Source: Mobula birostris
Lineage: Eukaryota
Length of the DNA: 64,000 nt
Assembly: GCF_030028105.1 (NCBI RefSeq)
Contig: NC_092383.1
Span: 11,051,796-11,115,795 of the forward strand
Reading direction: 5' to 3'
Part shown: positions 61,572 through 64,000 of the stretch, piece after piece
Layout of the letters: every line of letters begins with the position of its first letter
How positions within the stretch are numbered: the first letter of the stretch is position 1
Notes under the pieces: generated by a model
Told to the model about the DNA's origin: nothing
Database searches by the model: none
The model's input: the letters and a program-made list of their open reading frames with translations, nothing else
Translations under genes and position numbers: made by a program

Positions 61572-62000
61572 TAAGCACAAGAGATCCTGCAGATGCTGGC
61601 ACTCCAAAGCAACTCACACAAAATGCTGGAGAAACTCAGCAGGTCAGGCAGAATCTATGGAAATGAACCAACAGTTTATGTTTCGGGCCGAGACCCTTCT
61701 TCACCACTCAAAAAACTAATACCAGTTTCAGTATCAGTATGGGACCTCGATTTTACCTGAGCCTCAGCTCTTCTGCTGAAGTAATGATTGTACGTTCTAG
61801 TATCAATTGCTTGGCGACAATGAAGTATAAAGTATAAAGTAAGAGTAAACAAGAGGAGATGCAAGAAACTGTAGATGTTGACTTCCCGAGCAACAAGCAC
61901 AAAGCTGAGGAGCACAACAGGTCAGGCAACATCTGTGGAGGGAAATGGGCAGTCGACGTTTCTATTTCTAAGTGTCTTGTCCTGAAACATTGATTGTCCT
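61572..62000. mobile_element. Penelope pLTR fragments
   Basis: CTGCAGATGCTGG...ACTCAGCAGGTCAGGCAG...TTTCGGGCCGAGACCCTTC and a second inverted pair. Confidence 0.7.
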
Positions 62001-62574
62001 TTTTTCCAAATACAGGATTAATGTAGGATCAGTGCAAATGTGTGGTTCTTGTTCAGTGTGGACTTGGGGGGACTGAAGTGCGTTTTATGTCTTTGACAAA
62101 CCAAGCTGATGCTGTTGCTGAGGACAGCTGTGTACAAGATAAAGTGATCACTAAATTGAGCAGAAACACGGGACAAAATTCGTCTTTGTTCACCGCTGTT
62201 AGTACTGGTGCAAGGGTACTAGCCACCAACTCCAGTTACTCTGCCTACATTCTTACATGAGTCCACTCACTGCTTCACAGATACTAGTAGACCGTATCAC
62301 AGCAAACTATGCACGCGAGAAATCCATTTGCGGTTTCTGGAAAGTGTCATTAATGAGCTAGAAACATTGAATAGCAATAAAACCCACAAGTTAAATGGAT
62401 AACGTAACAGCCCATTGGGTTTTATAAAGTAGCATTTCAAACTGATTTCTGTTAATCCTTCATTTCCAGACCACACTCTTCTTGGTAATTCAGACTAAGA
62501 TATTGCTACCATGTAGATGACTCCCTAAAGGAAACATCTTTCTGACTGCAAATGGTCTTTTCCAGTGAAGCCCT

Positions 62575-62855
62575 TCTTTTTATTCAAAACTACAAAGGTT
62601 TATTCACACAAACATACAGGAAATACAAACATAAGACAGTGAACAAATTCAAATTAGAAGATAATCATTACTGTTTATAAAGCAGTCAATTCCCTAGGGA
62701 GCTCACCATTTCTGGAAATCCCATACTGTACCGATGGTGACTGCATGCTCCTACTCCAAGAACATTCGGGTATGAACGTATCCCTGGAGGAGGGGGTAGG
62801 CAGTCAGTCTGGGCAGAGCCTGGACCTGTAAATGTCCATCTTGACCAGGCAAGTA
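62575..62855 (-). mobile_element. Tx1-like LINE 3' fragment
   Basis: Minus-strand remnant LVKM.I..SR....TDCL...QGYV.TR..LE.EHA...followed by an AATAAA/A-rich end. Confidence 0.55.
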
Positions 62856-63175
62856 AAAGCGCCCCAGACAGTTGCCCAGTAATGTTCCTGTTTGCACTTA
62901 CGGCAGAGTCACACTTTGAGATGGCTGGAAATGCAGGAGACCCTGATTAAGATGGAAACGAGAGAGGAACCAAGATGTTCGAACTATGTCTCAAAAGCCT
63001 TGACTTTGGATGGATTAGAGGAAGTGGCTCTTCAGATTACAATGAAATGTTCCAGAGCAGGAGATCGAATGAAGGAAATTGAACAGCAGAATCTTCTTCA
63101 AAAATGTTCATCTTTACCCGGGGGGGGCGGGGGGGGAGGTAAATGATTGCTTATTATACAGGAACCAGGGTTTAG

Positions 63176-63525
63176 AGGAGGTGTAAGGCGCTCCTTCCCT
63201 CCACTAGCCTGCAGGTCACCCTTGGGCAAGGAGTAGCACTTGCTTAGCCCCCCGATCAGGGTCATGTGAAGCTGTAGGAGCAGATGGTGGATGGTCGTAT
63301 GAGCAGCTGATGCATATCACAAGTCCTAGTTACGTGACCACAGATGCCAGGAGACAATCTCTGAAGAGTATTGAAAATGGCTGGGGCCACCCATCTTATA
63401 AAGACACTGCCTGGAAGAAGGCAATGGCAAACAACTTCCGCAGAAAAATTTGCCAAGAACAATCCTGGTCATGGAAAGACCAGGATCACCCATGCCATAC
63501 GACAAGGCACTTAATGAATGAACAA
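63176..63525 (+). mobile_element. RTE-type non-autonomous element
   Basis: Family match to 39122-39461. Confidence 0.75.
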
Positions 63526-63834
63526 CTGTATCATTTATATATATACTCTAATATTTATATATCCTTCCATCTTCCATTTGCCTTGCACTCAGAATAATGC
63601 AGGAACTTTTCTTGCTCTTACGTAAAGAGCTGAATAAATCTTCAGTCCCACACTTCGTTCTCACTTATAAAACATGAGACAGATTTGACCCCCTGCTCTT
63701 GCACTTTACCCATCGAGCGTGGATAGAAAACATGACCTGTTGCTACTTTGTCTTCCTGTCAGCCTTCAGAGCTTAAGTTCATCTTGTTAACCCATTCATG
63801 GGTTCCAACACCGAGAGAGCCAGTTAATTGCTCT

Positions 63835-63987
63835 TGCAACACACAGAAAATGCCCGGATAAAGGGTCTCGGCTGGAAACATCAATTGTACTCTTTTCCAT
63901 AGGTGCTGCCTGGCCTGCTGAGCTCCTCCAGCGTTTTTTGTGTGTGTCGCTCGGATTTCCAGCATCTGCAGTTTTCTTTTGCTCGTA
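63835..63987 (+). mobile_element. Penelope pLTR with inverted leader (degenerate hammerhead)
   Basis: AAGGGTCTCGGCTGGAAACATC...GCTGCCTGGCCTGCTGAG...CCAGCATCTGCAG. Confidence 0.75.
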
Positions 63988-64000
63988 ATTGTTATTGCCT

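Noticed and set aside
42005-64000. SLCO3A1 exon 3
   Set aside because: I found no segment encoding the expected ILFTMLVFGPACGF-like peptide; it is presumably beyond the window.

Overview
This window is vertebrate genomic DNA, most likely from a cartilaginous fish (probably a ray). That assignment is inferred from the repeat mix: V-SINE/HE1-like SINEs, HER1/CR1, Rex1/Babar, DeuSINE and abundant Penelope termini. It holds the 5' part of one host gene, SLCO3A1 (OATP3A1), on the + strand: a CpG-rich promoter at about 6.0-6.7 kb, coding exon 1 (6559-6699, not in the ORF track), a 34.8-kb intron 1, coding exon 2 (41539-42004) and the start of a long intron 2. I did not find exon 3. Nearly everything else is decayed or nested transposable-element DNA, and the other short ORFs are TE remnants or noise. 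I see no prokaryotic-type system. The leading candidates for follow-up are: (1) a dense family of tiny Penelope-derived inserts carrying a minimal hammerhead-ribozyme motif, two with intact cores and clean TSDs, one of them with a twin-priming-type inversion at the ribozyme; (2) a tandem pair of R4/Dong-clade RLE retrotransposons; (3) an RTE-type non-autonomous element with a highly structured non-tRNA head; (4) a recursive-splice-site configuration at exon 2; (5) a ~1.1-kb foldback just downstream of exon 2. TE boundaries without TSDs are approximate, and family names come from motif recognition, not database searches.
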